From Planctomycetota bacterium (lineage in GTDB: Bacteria > Planctomycetota > Phycisphaerae > WQYP01): 64,000 nucleotides of DNA. A program made the translations under genes and the position numbers. Below the pieces are notes generated by a model. The model worked only from the letters and a program-made list of their open reading frames with translations. It was not told the DNA's origin and ran no database searches. Below, in pieces: positions 28,101 to 37,384 of this stretch. Within the stretch, counting starts at the first letter, position 1, and each line of letters opens with the position of its first letter. The stretch covers positions 8,703 through 72,702 of the forward strand of contig JAJZCR010000004.1 in the NCBI GenBank assembly GCA_021851715.1. Direction: 5' to 3'.

Positions 28101-28479
28101 TCGCTTCTCGCTGGATGATTTCGGTATTGGCTATTCCAGCTTGAGTTACCTGACCCGATTCCCCATTGACACGCTGAAAATTGATATCTCTTTTGTGCGC
28201 GGCATGATGGATGATCCTAAAGATCTGGCGGTGGTGGATACTATTATTGACCTGGCCGACAATCTGCAGTTGCGCACCGTGGCCGAAGGGGTGGAAAAAG
28301 AAGAACAGTTGACGTTGCTGAGATTGCTGGGTTGCCAGTCGATGCAGGGATACTTCTTCAGCAAGCCTTTACCGGCGGCGGAATTTGCCGATCTTCTGCG
28401 CACCGACAAACACCTGCCGGCCCCCACCACTCCGCCGCAGCCATCGGTTTTCCAACCGGCCGTCGCAGTTGTGCGTTAA
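25135..28479 (+). CDS. Membrane sensor diguanylate cyclase/phosphodiesterase (periplasmic domain-TM-GAF-PAS-GGDEF-EAL)
   Basis: There are two TM segments (AVLLVGCAIALAIAV..., FFISLAITLIVAVSVLLLFLAM). The GGDEF site is intact (RLGGDEFVVLL) and the EAL site is EALLRW...DDFGIGYSSL. ATG 25135 has an upstream AGGTGAGG. Confidence 0.9.
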   Translation: MQQLLRGLQHRLIQSRAVLLVGCAIALAIAVPAIQYYFTQAEQIRSAKRELSWAVYVRPLIPLMQLLQLHERNLLQARNGDQAAAVHLNQIAARINHKIQSFNPINQKLAAQLHINARWNIFTHDWRNILANQNVFTKSDFRQRYAALRTNLWTTIVRGAESAQVLSQDSPATLYQINVLRMQIPAILVRLTVLQNLILTLPPDHGASPTRMHELRQVIDQLEAAAFTTRSDLVHTLALQATQPHDFTRGLDQLIVNTRAIRQWSRNAGYQFAKRDQRAMMLKQLSDAALNARRVYEACARNLAQSTQDRVTYLQWRFFISLAITLIVAVSVLLLFLAMYHSMKTAMAEQVGAQRNLRRANNLYAALSQTNELIARHCEPDKLFTQICEIAVKYGGFALALIAEKDPASGKIAIVAAHGDLREHLRDFLDTTHPELMSASNPIIRAFTIDEPVVNNHLKAVSDVDMAATFGTMGLNSAAIFPLRRNGKTTAVLAVYALAENFFDSQVSGLLIEMSHGISFALDDMEREKHRRNTEQALRDSELRYHLIMESAGDAIILMDDTGRIIDLNRRAAEQFGYTRSEMQECHGEILFPREIRPECMLRQKGVLESGQSINTTVMAVRKDTTTFPVELAESRVVFQGNPLLLGIFRDISERKLAEDRIRYLAYHDALTDLPNRMLLNDRLGQTIRHARRHDQMVGVIFLDLDNFKNVNDTLGHDSGDDLLKMAAHRIKSSLREADTVARLGGDEFVVLLPEVPSEAEVNRVAEKILESMNVPFVISGHTFHVTCSMGLSLFPRDGADCSDLLRNADEALYRAKKDGRNCVAIHSPELHAATVENLWMENDLRLALTRDELSMHYQPQVDLNSGRIIGAEALLRWQHPTRGLISPAKFIPLAEDKGLMPVLGEWILKTACNQIRLWQDAGLPVVPVAVNLSALQCREPSLPDTVRRVLKNSGVDPTLLELEITEGTLMAQTDVLCNRMVEIKKTGIRFSLDDFGIGYSSLSYLTRFPIDTLKIDISFVRGMMDDPKDLAVVDTIIDLADNLQLRTVAEGVEKEEQLTLLRLLGCQSMQGYFFSKPLPAAEFADLLRTDKHLPAPTTPPQPSVFQPAVAVVR

Positions 28480-28620
28480 TCCGGTTCGCAGATCAATTCC
28501 GCCCGAACTTGACGGATAAGGTCTAAAGCGATCATACCTTGGCGTAAGAACCGACCCGGTGCGCCATCTATGTAGCCGCTGATCCAGTCAGCAGGAGCTT
28601 AGCTGTCTGGCGGTCCCGAT

Positions 28621-29700
28621 TCACCGCCCGCCACGCCAGGCCAGTAAAGCCAGTGTTTGCTCAATCACCACGGTCGGGCTGGACCACACGAAGAAAAACA
28701 ACGATTCTCTGGCCCGCCGCTGGGCCGGGCTTTCACACATGAATCCGCGTCCCTTGGCCAGTTCCAGCGCCGCCAGCGCGCTGCACGCCGCAAGATGATT
28801 GCTCTGTGCCCTTAATTGTGCGCCGATCCCCGGCTTCTGCAAAAGCCGCGAACTTGCCCCCACCCGGTACACCCGTGCGGCCAAATGGGTATATTCTCGG
28901 CGTAAATCGGTGATGGCACCGCGACAAGTGTGAAACCTGGCTTTTGCCAGATCCTCGGCCATGCTCAGAGCTCCGGCCGCCACCCCCAACGGCAACACAC
29001 ACGTACTTAAACCAAACGACCTGTGCCCGCTGCGGAGCGCCAGGGCGTTGTTGCAGGGCGGTATGAGTACATCGGCATCCGGCACCAATACATGCCGGAG
29101 TTGCACCGCCCCGGTGCAGGAGGCGTTAAGGGCCACCATATCCCTGCGGGTTTCCACCACCACGCGAGGCTGGCGGGCGCGCAGGGCCAAGAGTATTTGC
29201 CGGCCATCGCTGGTGACCGCTCCCACAATGATGCGCTGGGCCTGCGCGGCCCCGGTTACCCAGGGTATTCGACCGGAAACACGAAAGCCGCCGGAAGTTC
29301 GGCGGGCCACGACCGCCGGCGGCAGATGCCGGCCGGAGGTGGTCAACTGGGCAATGCCGATGGTAGCGAAAACTGTTCCCCGGGCCATGGACCTCAGCAG
29401 TTGCGCCGAAATTGGCGCATTGGCGGCGGACACTAAAAAGCCCACGGCCGAGTCACGCTGGGTAAAAATTAAGGCCGTGGTCAGGCATCGCCGGGCCAGT
29501 TCTTCATACCGCTGGTGCAACAGCACTGCATCCATCCCGGTGCCACCGAACGCACGGGGAACAGCCCAGGTCAAAGCTCCACAACGTTTCAGATCGGCCA
29601 TATTCTCGGCCGGCCACGCGGCAGAAACATCAACGCGCTCGGCCCTGGCTTCAATCAGAGCCAAGGCACGCCGCCAGGTTGTTCTGGTTTTGGTCAACAC
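28621..29700 (-). CDS. Acyl-CoA dehydrogenase-family protein
   Basis: The N-terminal region (WPAENMADLKRCGALTWAVPRAFGGTGMD...) and the overall length resemble ACAD-fold proteins. It has a GTG start 4 nt after the upstream gene's stop. Confidence 0.6.
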   Translation of the reverse strand: MLTKTRTTWRRALALIEARAERVDVSAAWPAENMADLKRCGALTWAVPRAFGGTGMDAVLLHQRYEELARRCLTTALIFTQRDSAVGFLVSAANAPISAQLLRSMARGTVFATIGIAQLTTSGRHLPPAVVARRTSGGFRVSGRIPWVTGAAQAQRIIVGAVTSDGRQILLALRARQPRVVVETRRDMVALNASCTGAVQLRHVLVPDADVLIPPCNNALALRSGHRSFGLSTCVLPLGVAAGALSMAEDLAKARFHTCRGAITDLRREYTHLAARVYRVGASSRLLQKPGIGAQLRAQSNHLAACSALAALELAKGRGFMCESPAQRRARESLFFFVWSSPTVVIEQTLALLAWRGGR

Positions 29701-29704
29701 ATCC

Positions 29705-30745
29705 TCATTGTAGTCCCGCCGCCGCCGGCTGGACAGGCGTGGCGATGCCAGGGATTGTGCGCAGCGAGAAAAACACGATTTCCGGTGCGGCCAACATGCG
29801 CAGCGGCGTGCTATAACCCACGCCCCGATTCACAAACATACGCTTTTCAACAGGTCCATCGGCCGGAAAACAAAACAGCCCGCGAATCCACTGCCGGTTC
29901 TCCATCGGCAAAAACAGCGGGCCGATGATGGGCAGCACCACTTGCCCGCCGTGGGAATGTCCGCAGAGCATCCATTGCCACGGATAACTTTTAAGTCGTG
30001 GATAACCATCCGGATTGTGCTGCAGGCAGATGCAAGCCGCCCCCGGCGGCACCGACGCAAAAGCCCGCTCCGGATTCGATTTGCCCACCCACATTTCATC
30101 GAGTCCCACAAACCAGAGACGCTCACCGGATCGCTCCACCGGCCGGGCCTCATCCACCAGAAGGTGCACACCATGCTGTTGCAACATTCGTCCCAGCCGC
30201 TTGTGAATGCTTCGGTGAGAGGATCTGGCCCCTACGTGCCGCCAGGAATATTCATGATAATCGTGATTGCCGAAAATTCCGGTCACACCATCCCGGGCCT
30301 GCAGCAGGGGCAAAATTTCAGCCAGTTTGTCCAATGACTCCGGGTGATAATCAATCCAGTCGCCGGTCACCACGATCATATCCGGTTTTTCCGCGGATAC
30401 TGTTTCCGCCAATTGCCGCAGAAACCGCTGACGCGTGGTTCCGGTGTGCAGATCACTGATATGGGCGATGCGATAGTTTTCAAATGCGGCCGGCAGCGCC
30501 TTGATGGGCATCTGGTAATGTGCCACGCGGCACCAAAACGGGGCGACAAACCGCGGCCAGACCATGGCCGTGAGCGCTAACCGCCCAATTTGCCGCAGGG
30601 CTTTGCCGGCCAGTCCGCGGTGCAGCATCACCCGCTCCAGCGGTCGCCCGGCAAGCTTTTTGGCAACATCAAATTGGGGGATGGCTTTTCGCAGAGAACC
30701 ACCGATTACTTCAACCTGGGCCGGCCGCCTAGCCGGCGTTAACAT
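29705..30745 (-). CDS. Calcineurin-like metallophosphoesterase
   Basis: Metal-binding motifs are IAHISDLHTG, VVTGDWIDY, GNHD and CGHSHGG. The start is ATG 30745 or TTG 30802, and either overlaps the upstream gene's end. Confidence 0.8.
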   Translation of the reverse strand: MLTPARRPAQVEVIGGSLRKAIPQFDVAKKLAGRPLERVMLHRGLAGKALRQIGRLALTAMVWPRFVAPFWCRVAHYQMPIKALPAAFENYRIAHISDLHTGTTRQRFLRQLAETVSAEKPDMIVVTGDWIDYHPESLDKLAEILPLLQARDGVTGIFGNHDYHEYSWRHVGARSSHRSIHKRLGRMLQQHGVHLLVDEARPVERSGERLWFVGLDEMWVGKSNPERAFASVPPGAACICLQHNPDGYPRLKSYPWQWMLCGHSHGGQVVLPIIGPLFLPMENRQWIRGLFCFPADGPVEKRMFVNRGVGYSTPLRMLAAPEIVFFSLRTIPGIATPVQPAAAGLQ

Positions 30746-31877
30746 TAATGCTCTCTTGCCAGTAGCTACGAATGGGAATATTGTTCTTGCGGGCAGGAAC
30801 AAACTTCCAATGATTCAGAATCGCTCCCTTGAATAAGTGGTCAATGGTGGGATGGCCCGATGATTTCACAATCGTTACTTTTCTGACCCGGCCATCCGGC
30901 AGCACCAACACCCGAACCTCAATTTGCACCTTGGCACCAGCCAGCATGTATTTTAACGGCAATTCAGGAAGAGGATCCTGTTTGGGGGTAGCCAGACTAT
31001 CCGCCGACCAACCACCGCGTCCCCTGGCGGAGCCGCCCGCTCCAGGAAAGTTGGATGGATCTTTCACGAAATTAAACGTGACGCCATCATCTTGGCCGCC
31101 CGGCTGGAAAGGCCCGCGACTGCGCGGACCGCGCGATCTCGGATGGACCGCAGAGTTCACATGGTGCATGTGTGTATCACGATGCTGCCTGGGACGGGCC
31201 AGCACATGCGGAACTTTGGGTAGCCGCGGCTGATCCCATGTATTGGGCCCCTGGGCCACACCGATCACCAGATGCTTCTGCGGAATATCCATGGCTCCCG
31301 TGAGCAGAGACCCGGACGATTGCCGGGAGCGCCCGGTGAGAGAAAGCAACTCTGAAGGCGGTGGTAGCGCCGACATCCGCCAGTTGTGAAGCGGATCCGT
31401 TGGTTTCGCCCGGTGAGGTGCGCCGGACAATACCAGGCCGCCAATAGCCGTGCTATCGTGATGGGCCGTAACGCCGATGTCCTGGGTTACGGCCGCCGGC
31501 CTGGACCATTTCACGTGATTTAAAAAATACAAACCGCCCAGGAGGAGACTATCCAAAAGAAGGGCGGCGAAAATTGAAAAAAGCGTGGAGTACGCCACTC
31601 CATCGTGTTTGTGAACCACCACAATCCGTTGCCCGGCACTGGTTGCAGCGATATCGCTGAACACCTCCGGTGGAAGACCGAAGGTATCCGGCCATTTCAC
31701 CAGGACATGTTCCTCCAGTTCGTGATCCACAAGATCAGAGGGATTGATTTCCGCGCCATCGACAGCCACCCCCATGAAGGAATCCTGCGCGCCAACAGTG
31801 ATGCCGTCCGTAGATCCCGGCTCATCAAGAACCGTCGCTTGCGATTCGGATAACCCTATGTGATCAACTGTATCCAT
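30729..31877 (-). CDS. TonB C-terminal-domain membrane protein
   Basis: It has a single TM segment (YSTLFSIFAALLLDSLLLGGLYFL), then a Pro/Arg/Gly-rich linker with a PRSRGPRSRGP repeat. The TonB_C-like end is GAKVQIEVRVLVLPDGRVRKVTIVKSSGHPTIDHLFKGAILNHWKFVPA. The start is ATG 31877 or TTG 31913. Confidence 0.65.
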   Translation of the reverse strand: MDTVDHIGLSESQATVLDEPGSTDGITVGAQDSFMGVAVDGAEINPSDLVDHELEEHVLVKWPDTFGLPPEVFSDIAATSAGQRIVVVHKHDGVAYSTLFSIFAALLLDSLLLGGLYFLNHVKWSRPAAVTQDIGVTAHHDSTAIGGLVLSGAPHRAKPTDPLHNWRMSALPPPSELLSLTGRSRQSSGSLLTGAMDIPQKHLVIGVAQGPNTWDQPRLPKVPHVLARPRQHRDTHMHHVNSAVHPRSRGPRSRGPFQPGGQDDGVTFNFVKDPSNFPGAGGSARGRGGWSADSLATPKQDPLPELPLKYMLAGAKVQIEVRVLVLPDGRVRKVTIVKSSGHPTIDHLFKGAILNHWKFVPARKNNIPIRSYWQESINVNAG

Positions 31878-31941
31878 ACTGGAAGCTCTGCCCGTTGTTC
31901 CGTCCTTCCCCAAGCCGCGCTGTCGGCGGCCACGTGGGTTG

Positions 31942-32421
31942 CTAACTCACAGCAATAATTTCATAGCGGATTTCACCACGCGGCACATTCACGCGCACAG
32001 TCTGTCCAACCCTGGCGCGCATCAGTGCCTCTCCCAGCGGACTCTTCGCCGATACTTCCATGACGTCAGAATCCGCATCAAAGGATCCTTTGTCGATTTC
32101 GCCCACCAGCCGAAATAGTTCCATATCCTTGGTTTTCAAATCCCGGACTTTCACCGTGCTGCCGAGGAATACCATGTCCGCCGGAATATCGTTGGGATCC
32201 ACCACGGAGGCAAAACGCAACCGCAGTTCCAAGTCCTTGATGCGGGCCTCCAGCAGCGCCAGTTCTTCGCGGGCGGCATGATAATCGGCGTTTTCCTTGA
32301 GATCCCCCTTCTCTCGCGCCTCGGCAATGCGCGCAGCGATTGAAGGACGGGTATCAATCATCTTTTTCAGGTGCTCCTGAAGTTTCTGTTTTTCTTCCTT
32401 GGTCAGCAGTTGCATTTCCAT
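31942..32421 (-). CDS. greA: Transcription elongation factor GreA
   Basis: The N-terminal coiled coil (REKGDLKENADYHAAREELALLEARI) and C-terminal globular domain span the full length. A GAGGTG SD is present. Confidence 0.95.
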   Translation of the reverse strand: MEMQLLTKEEKQKLQEHLKKMIDTRPSIAARIAEAREKGDLKENADYHAAREELALLEARIKDLELRLRFASVVDPNDIPADMVFLGSTVKVRDLKTKDMELFRLVGEIDKGSFDADSDVMEVSAKSPLGEALMRARVGQTVRVNVPRGEIRYEIIAVS

Positions 32422-32484
32422 TGGTCACCTCTTGCTTAAAACGAATTATCCCGCGTCAGGTTTCGGACCGTCCACGGCAGGCTA

Positions 32485-33090
32485 TCACCGAGCTTCATCC
32501 AAACCCAGGAACTGTTTCATGTGCTGGTCATAAATCTCCTGGGCGTCCGGCTCCGTTAAATTCAGCCGCAATTCGTTGATAACTTTCGTGCCCTGGCGGA
32601 TCCATGATTGAAAACAGCCATGACAGACACTCTGGTAAATTTGCTCTCCCAGTGCCCCGCCAAACGGCCTTTCCACCATTTTTGCCGTCACACGCCCGCA
32701 GTGCCGGCATTGGATATTGCCCGCCGCAGCCAGTTCCGGTGTCAACTGGGCGACTTTTTCGGCCGGAACTTCGGCCCCCATGTCCTTGAGCATATCCGCC
32801 ATCTGGTTGCGCGGCATTAAATCTCCCTTTTCCTGGGCAATTTTATACCCCCGGGTCAAGGTATTCACGGCCCCTTCCGTATCGCCAACGCCGCGCTGGG
32901 CCAGGGCCAAGAGAACATACCCCTGCGAAAGACCGGGGTTAAGCTTAATGGCCTGCAACAACACCGGCACTGCTTCCTTAAAGGCCGCACCATCCACGTA
33001 AGTTCGCCCGAGTGAAAAATAGCCCAGCTCATTTTCTGGATCGGCAAGAACCATATTTTTAAATCGTTCTACCCGTTGCTGGTCCAGCAT
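32485..33090 (-). CDS. TPR-repeat protein fused to a YggX-like Fe(2+)-trafficking / oxidative-damage-protection domain
   Basis: The C-terminal ~75 aa (IQCRHCGRV...GALGEQIYQSV...WIRQGTKVINELRLNLTEPDAQEIYDQHMKQFLG) align by eye with E. coli YggX. The N-terminal half is TPR-like. An AGGAG SD precedes ATG 33090. Confidence 0.65.
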   Translation of the reverse strand: MLDQQRVERFKNMVLADPENELGYFSLGRTYVDGAAFKEAVPVLLQAIKLNPGLSQGYVLLALAQRGVGDTEGAVNTLTRGYKIAQEKGDLMPRNQMADMLKDMGAEVPAEKVAQLTPELAAAGNIQCRHCGRVTAKMVERPFGGALGEQIYQSVCHGCFQSWIRQGTKVINELRLNLTEPDAQEIYDQHMKQFLGLDEAR

Positions 33091-33221
33091 TATGCACTCC
33101 TGTAAATTCCACTGCTCTATACCGGGAGAAACCAACGCCCACTGCGGCCACGCCATATTGTAGCGTGTACACCGTCAGGTTCCAAAGAACCAACCTGTGG
33201 CGGCACCATTGAAACAAACTA

Positions 33222-33247
33222 ATACAGACGACGTATACAGACGACGT
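33222..33247. repeat. Perfect tandem duplication of a 13-mer (ATACAGACGACGT x2)
   Basis: I read it directly from the sequence, at 33222-33234 and 33235-33247. It lies in the divergent intergenic region between the TPR-YggX gene and nadK. Confidence 0.85.
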
Positions 33248-33287
33248 ACGCTGGCCGCAACGGCTACCTCAGGGTATCCTGTCCTTC

Positions 33288-34163
33288 ATGCGCATGGCTT
33301 TAATCGCCAATATGAATAAACCCGATGCCGCCAGCGCGGCGCAAGAACTGGCCGACTGGGTTCCCCGCCAGATGCCCAATACGCAGACTCGATTTTTCAC
33401 CGTAGCCTGTGCCCAGAGTCTGGCAGACTTTCAGCCGGATATCGTGGTAACCCTTGGCGGTGACGGCACCATTTTGCAAGCCGCGCGCGTGCTGCTGGGA
33501 CAGGGCACGCCGGTGCTGGGAATCAATTTTGGCAAGCTCGGTTATCTGGCTGGATTCTCCATGGAGGAGTTCAAAACTCATATTGCCGCTATTGTTGCCA
33601 ATCGTATGCCCCTGACCACGCGCTTGATGATCCGCGGCGGAATCTACGGGCCGTACGAAGGCAGCCCCGGCCACCACAACGCAACGTCCCCGGCTCCGCT
33701 TTTTGAACATGTGGCCCTCAACGATATTGTCATTAATTCCGGGGCCCCGTTCCGCATGATCGAAATAAAAGTACGTATCGATGGCCATCACACCACCACC
33801 TTCCGCGGAGATGGTCTGATTGTTTCCACACCATCCGGTTCCACCGGCTACAACCTGTCAGCCAATGGACCCCTGCTTTCCCCGGATGTGTCCGCCATGG
33901 TCATTACCCCCATTTGCGCCCATTCACTGTCGTTTCGCCCCGTTGTCATTGCCGATCATGCCCTGGTTCGCATTGAACCGGTCCGCGTCAATGAAGGCAC
34001 GCGCGTCTGCTTTGACGGGCAGGTGCTCGAACCTTTGCGGCCGGATCATTACGTTCTGATCCAGCGGGCGGAGCAATCGCTGAAACTGGTGGAAAACCCC
34101 ACCCTGTCGCACTGGCAATTGCTGGGTACTAAACTGCAATGGGCCACCAGCCCCGGGGCCTGA
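33288..34163 (+). CDS. nadK: NAD(+) kinase
   Basis: Motifs are VVTLGGDGTILQAAR and the NDIVI region. The length is typical. Confidence 0.9.
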   Translation: MRMALIANMNKPDAASAAQELADWVPRQMPNTQTRFFTVACAQSLADFQPDIVVTLGGDGTILQAARVLLGQGTPVLGINFGKLGYLAGFSMEEFKTHIAAIVANRMPLTTRLMIRGGIYGPYEGSPGHHNATSPAPLFEHVALNDIVINSGAPFRMIEIKVRIDGHHTTTFRGDGLIVSTPSGSTGYNLSANGPLLSPDVSAMVITPICAHSLSFRPVVIADHALVRIEPVRVNEGTRVCFDGQVLEPLRPDHYVLIQRAEQSLKLVENPTLSHWQLLGTKLQWATSPGA

Positions 34164-34194
34164 CTGCCGCCGACTTTTCTCGCAGGAGCCATCG

Positions 34195-35925
34195 ATGTCA
34201 TCCATGCCTTCAACGCCCCCCGCCATCAATGATCAGCCGCCGCCGCGACAGTACGTTTTGCGCCAGGCCCAATGGGAATCCATGTTTGAATTCAGCCGTA
34301 TCTTCAAGGCTTTTCGTCAGGCCATCCAGCCCACGTGCCTGCTGGCGGCGCTGGCGGCTATTGCGATTATCTACGCCAGCGGCCGGCTGCTGGATCTGTG
34401 CTGGGGGCCGCAGGTGTTGCCCGGCGAAATCACCGCCTACGTATCGGCACCGCACACCTATTACCGGCAATTGCTGCAATCCAACCGCGATTCGCGCGTG
34501 GCGCAGCTTGGCGAACTTATGGAAACCTGCGGAGAGCCTTTCAGCCTGGCCGATTACAAAACGCTGCCCGCATCGCCGCGACTGGCCTATGCCCGGTTAT
34601 GCAGCGCCTATGAAAAAAGCTATTTTTCCCGTTTGCAAGCCACGCCCCCTGTTTCCGCCGCCGAGCGCCGAATTGCCTCCGGGCGATTGCAAAGTAAAAT
34701 GCGGGTGCTGCGGCAAACCGTGGGAACAGGCATCTTTGCCGCCTTCCTGCGTTACGAAACGCGTCAATTTTCCGCCCTCTGCTCGAACACCCTCCATCCG
34801 CTGACGATTGTACCGGTCGGCAACCATGGTGCCGCCGGATTCGCTTCTAACCTGGCGATAACCGGCAATTTACTGCCCGAATATCGCAAACCAGTGCTCA
34901 CCTCACCTTCTATGGTCGGATCCATCGCGGACATGGTGTGGGCCGGACCGGTCTGGCTGCTGGCCGGCGCACCGCCGCTTTATCGGATGCACGGCGAAAC
35001 CGGCATGTCTCTGTGGCTGCATCGCGCGGCTTACCTGCTAAGCATTGTGGCTTTTCTGGCCATTTCCCTCATCGCCATTGCCCTGGCCGGGGCGGTTATA
35101 TGCCGCCGCGCCATGCTTCAATCCACGGGCCGCGCCGCCGATTGGCCCGTGCTCTGGCGTTTTGCCCGCCGCAAACTTTTCACGTTTATTCTGACCCCGC
35201 TGCTGCCGTTTCTGACCATTTTGGGCACCGGTCTGGTTTTAACTTTACTGGCGCTGCCGGGAGCCATTCCATTCATTGGAGAGATATTTATCGGGGTATT
35301 TTTCGTGATTTTTCTCCTGGGCGGCCTGCTGATCATGCTGATGCTGCTGGGACTTCTGGGAGGTTTCATGCTGATGTATCCGACCATTGCGGCGGAAGAC
35401 TCGGATTCTTTTGATGCCATCAGCCGCAGTTTCAGTTACGTGTATGCGGCGCCGTGGCGGCTGGCCTTTTATTCTCTGCTGGGCCTGGTTTACGGCGTTA
35501 TCACCAACCTGTTTGTAAGTTTTTCCCTGTTTTTACTGCTGGCGGCCACACATCTTTTTCTCGGATGGGGCATGAATATGTTTGGCCATGTGCATGGATG
35601 GTATTCCGGACAAGGTAAGCTGGATTCGATCTGGCCCACCCCGACTTTCGAGCATCTTAGCCCGCACATCAACTGGTGGGCCATGAGCGGGTCGGAATTT
35701 CTGGGGGCCCAGGCCCTTTACTTCTGGCTGTTTTTAACCATCAGCCTGATTGGGGCCTATACCATTTCTTATTTTTTCTGTGCTAATTCGGCCATTTACC
35801 TGTTGATTCGCCGACATGTGGATGGTCAACCACCGGAAGATATCGCCGATATTCCCGCGTCGATGCAGGCGGTGGCCAAATCCTCCCTGGCCCCACCCGC
35901 TCCCGCCGTCGCCTCCAGCGCGTAA
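34195..35925 (+). CDS. Polytopic integral membrane protein of unknown function (576 aa)
   Basis: A CAGGAG SD precedes ATG 34195. There are many hydrophobic helices (e.g. GEIFIGVFFVIFLLGGLLIMLMLLGLLGGFMLMY). No catalytic motif was recognised. Confidence 0.7.
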   Translation: MSSMPSTPPAINDQPPPRQYVLRQAQWESMFEFSRIFKAFRQAIQPTCLLAALAAIAIIYASGRLLDLCWGPQVLPGEITAYVSAPHTYYRQLLQSNRDSRVAQLGELMETCGEPFSLADYKTLPASPRLAYARLCSAYEKSYFSRLQATPPVSAAERRIASGRLQSKMRVLRQTVGTGIFAAFLRYETRQFSALCSNTLHPLTIVPVGNHGAAGFASNLAITGNLLPEYRKPVLTSPSMVGSIADMVWAGPVWLLAGAPPLYRMHGETGMSLWLHRAAYLLSIVAFLAISLIAIALAGAVICRRAMLQSTGRAADWPVLWRFARRKLFTFILTPLLPFLTILGTGLVLTLLALPGAIPFIGEIFIGVFFVIFLLGGLLIMLMLLGLLGGFMLMYPTIAAEDSDSFDAISRSFSYVYAAPWRLAFYSLLGLVYGVITNLFVSFSLFLLLAATHLFLGWGMNMFGHVHGWYSGQGKLDSIWPTPTFEHLSPHINWWAMSGSEFLGAQALYFWLFLTISLIGAYTISYFFCANSAIYLLIRRHVDGQPPEDIADIPASMQAVAKSSLAPPAPAVASSA

Positions 35926-36107
35926 CCTTTGCAATCTCCAGCCACACAACGCGTTGAATGGATGGGGCCCTTTGGACAGCCGCCCCGGCGATGTGGCTCC
36001 GACATGAATGCTGCTCTGTTGCGGCGTTGTGTACCTGCCGCCCGAAAGATGCGTATCTCCAAACGGGCACTCTATAAAACCGGATATATTACTTAAGGCA
36101 ATAAGAC

Positions 36108-37139
36108 ATGATACTGACCAATATTCTTGCCGCCACGAACTGGGTTAAATTCCTGGGGCATTTTCATCCGCTTTTGGTGCATCTGCCGATCGGCTTTCTG
36201 GTACTGCTTGGCTTGATGGAATTGGTGGCCCGGTTCAAGAGATACCGGCATATCAGTGCGGCCCGTGGGTTTATTCTGGTGATTCTCGCACCCGCGGCTT
36301 TGGTGACAGCGACGTGTGGCTGGTTGCTGGCCAGCGGCGGCGGCTACAATCATCATATCCTGTTCTGGCATCGCTGGCTGGGAACCACCGTGGCGGTGCT
36401 GAGTGTGGCGCTTCTGGGCATCTGGTTATGGCGAAAGAACGTGGGGATCGTCTACTATTCCGTGCTGCTGCCCGCTTTGGTCATCATGGCCGTTGCCGCG
36501 CACTTTGGTGGAGCACTGACTTTTGGTGGGCGTTATCTAAGCAAATATGCGCCGCCGCTGCTCAAGCCGCTGTTGGGCAATCGGCAGACGGGGCGTTCCG
36601 GCGACCACGCTACCGGCGGTCTGGAAACGCGTCCCCTGGCCTCCGCGGCCGGTCAGACCGGCGGCTGGATGTTGCAACGCCCAATGCTCCGGCCGGTCTT
36701 GGATAGCCAAACCAGCTTTTATGGGCGTTACGTACAGAAAATTTTTACCCAGAATTGCATTCGTTGTCATGGGCGCGACAAACAGAAGGGCCATTTACGC
36801 TTGGATTCCTACTGGTGGTTGCGGCATGGCAGCCGGGGCCGGCCGGTGGTCATTGCCGGTAATCCGGACCGAAGCTTGCTGTATCGGTTGATAGCCCGTC
36901 CACTGTGGCAGCGACATCACATGCCGCCGCGCAGTCGCCGCCAGCTTACTTCGGGGCAGATCGCTGTTATCCGCTGGTGGATTGCCAAGGGTGCCAGCGG
37001 CACGGCCACATTGGCGTCCATGCACCCGCCGGGCAATATCCGAAACATCATTGAACATCTGCCGGCCCGGAGCCGGTCCGTCCCCACCGCCGGAGAAAAT
37101 CATGCCCATGCACTGGTCTGGCGCAGCTCCATCCATTGA
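36108..37139 (+). CDS. Membrane protein with DUF2231-like N-terminal TM domain and planctomycete-type cytochrome c (PSCyt1-like) domain
   Basis: LGHFHPLLVHLPIG lies in the TM region. The heme site CIRCHG sits in the context FTQNCIRCHGRDKQKGHLRLD...NPDRSLLY...MPP...WIAKGA, typical of PSCyt1. Confidence 0.7.
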   Translation: MILTNILAATNWVKFLGHFHPLLVHLPIGFLVLLGLMELVARFKRYRHISAARGFILVILAPAALVTATCGWLLASGGGYNHHILFWHRWLGTTVAVLSVALLGIWLWRKNVGIVYYSVLLPALVIMAVAAHFGGALTFGGRYLSKYAPPLLKPLLGNRQTGRSGDHATGGLETRPLASAAGQTGGWMLQRPMLRPVLDSQTSFYGRYVQKIFTQNCIRCHGRDKQKGHLRLDSYWWLRHGSRGRPVVIAGNPDRSLLYRLIARPLWQRHHMPPRSRRQLTSGQIAVIRWWIAKGASGTATLASMHPPGNIRNIIEHLPARSRSVPTAGENHAHALVWRSSIH

Positions 37140-37384
37140 CACTGGTGCCAGGACAGTGGACGTTGTTTTTTCGGCTTGACGCTTCCGTGGGTCGCGATGT
37201 TCGCAGGACACTTCCTTGACGCGACACAGCGCGGGCCTGCGCTGCACAAAATCCTCTACTCGCTTATGATACCCACCTTGCATTGGGCGCGGTCGGAGGC
37301 ACCAACAGCGAGCTGGGCCGCGATGGCCAAGCGCCCCTACGGATGCGATGAGGGACTGGCTTTTTATAAGAAGAGGTTTCTGGT

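Noticed and set aside
37140-37171. Weak hairpin CACTG-N9-CAGTG followed by a T6 run after the cytochrome-domain gene
   Set aside because: The stem is only 5 bp and AT-containing, and the T-run starts 7 nt after it. That is too weak to call a terminator.
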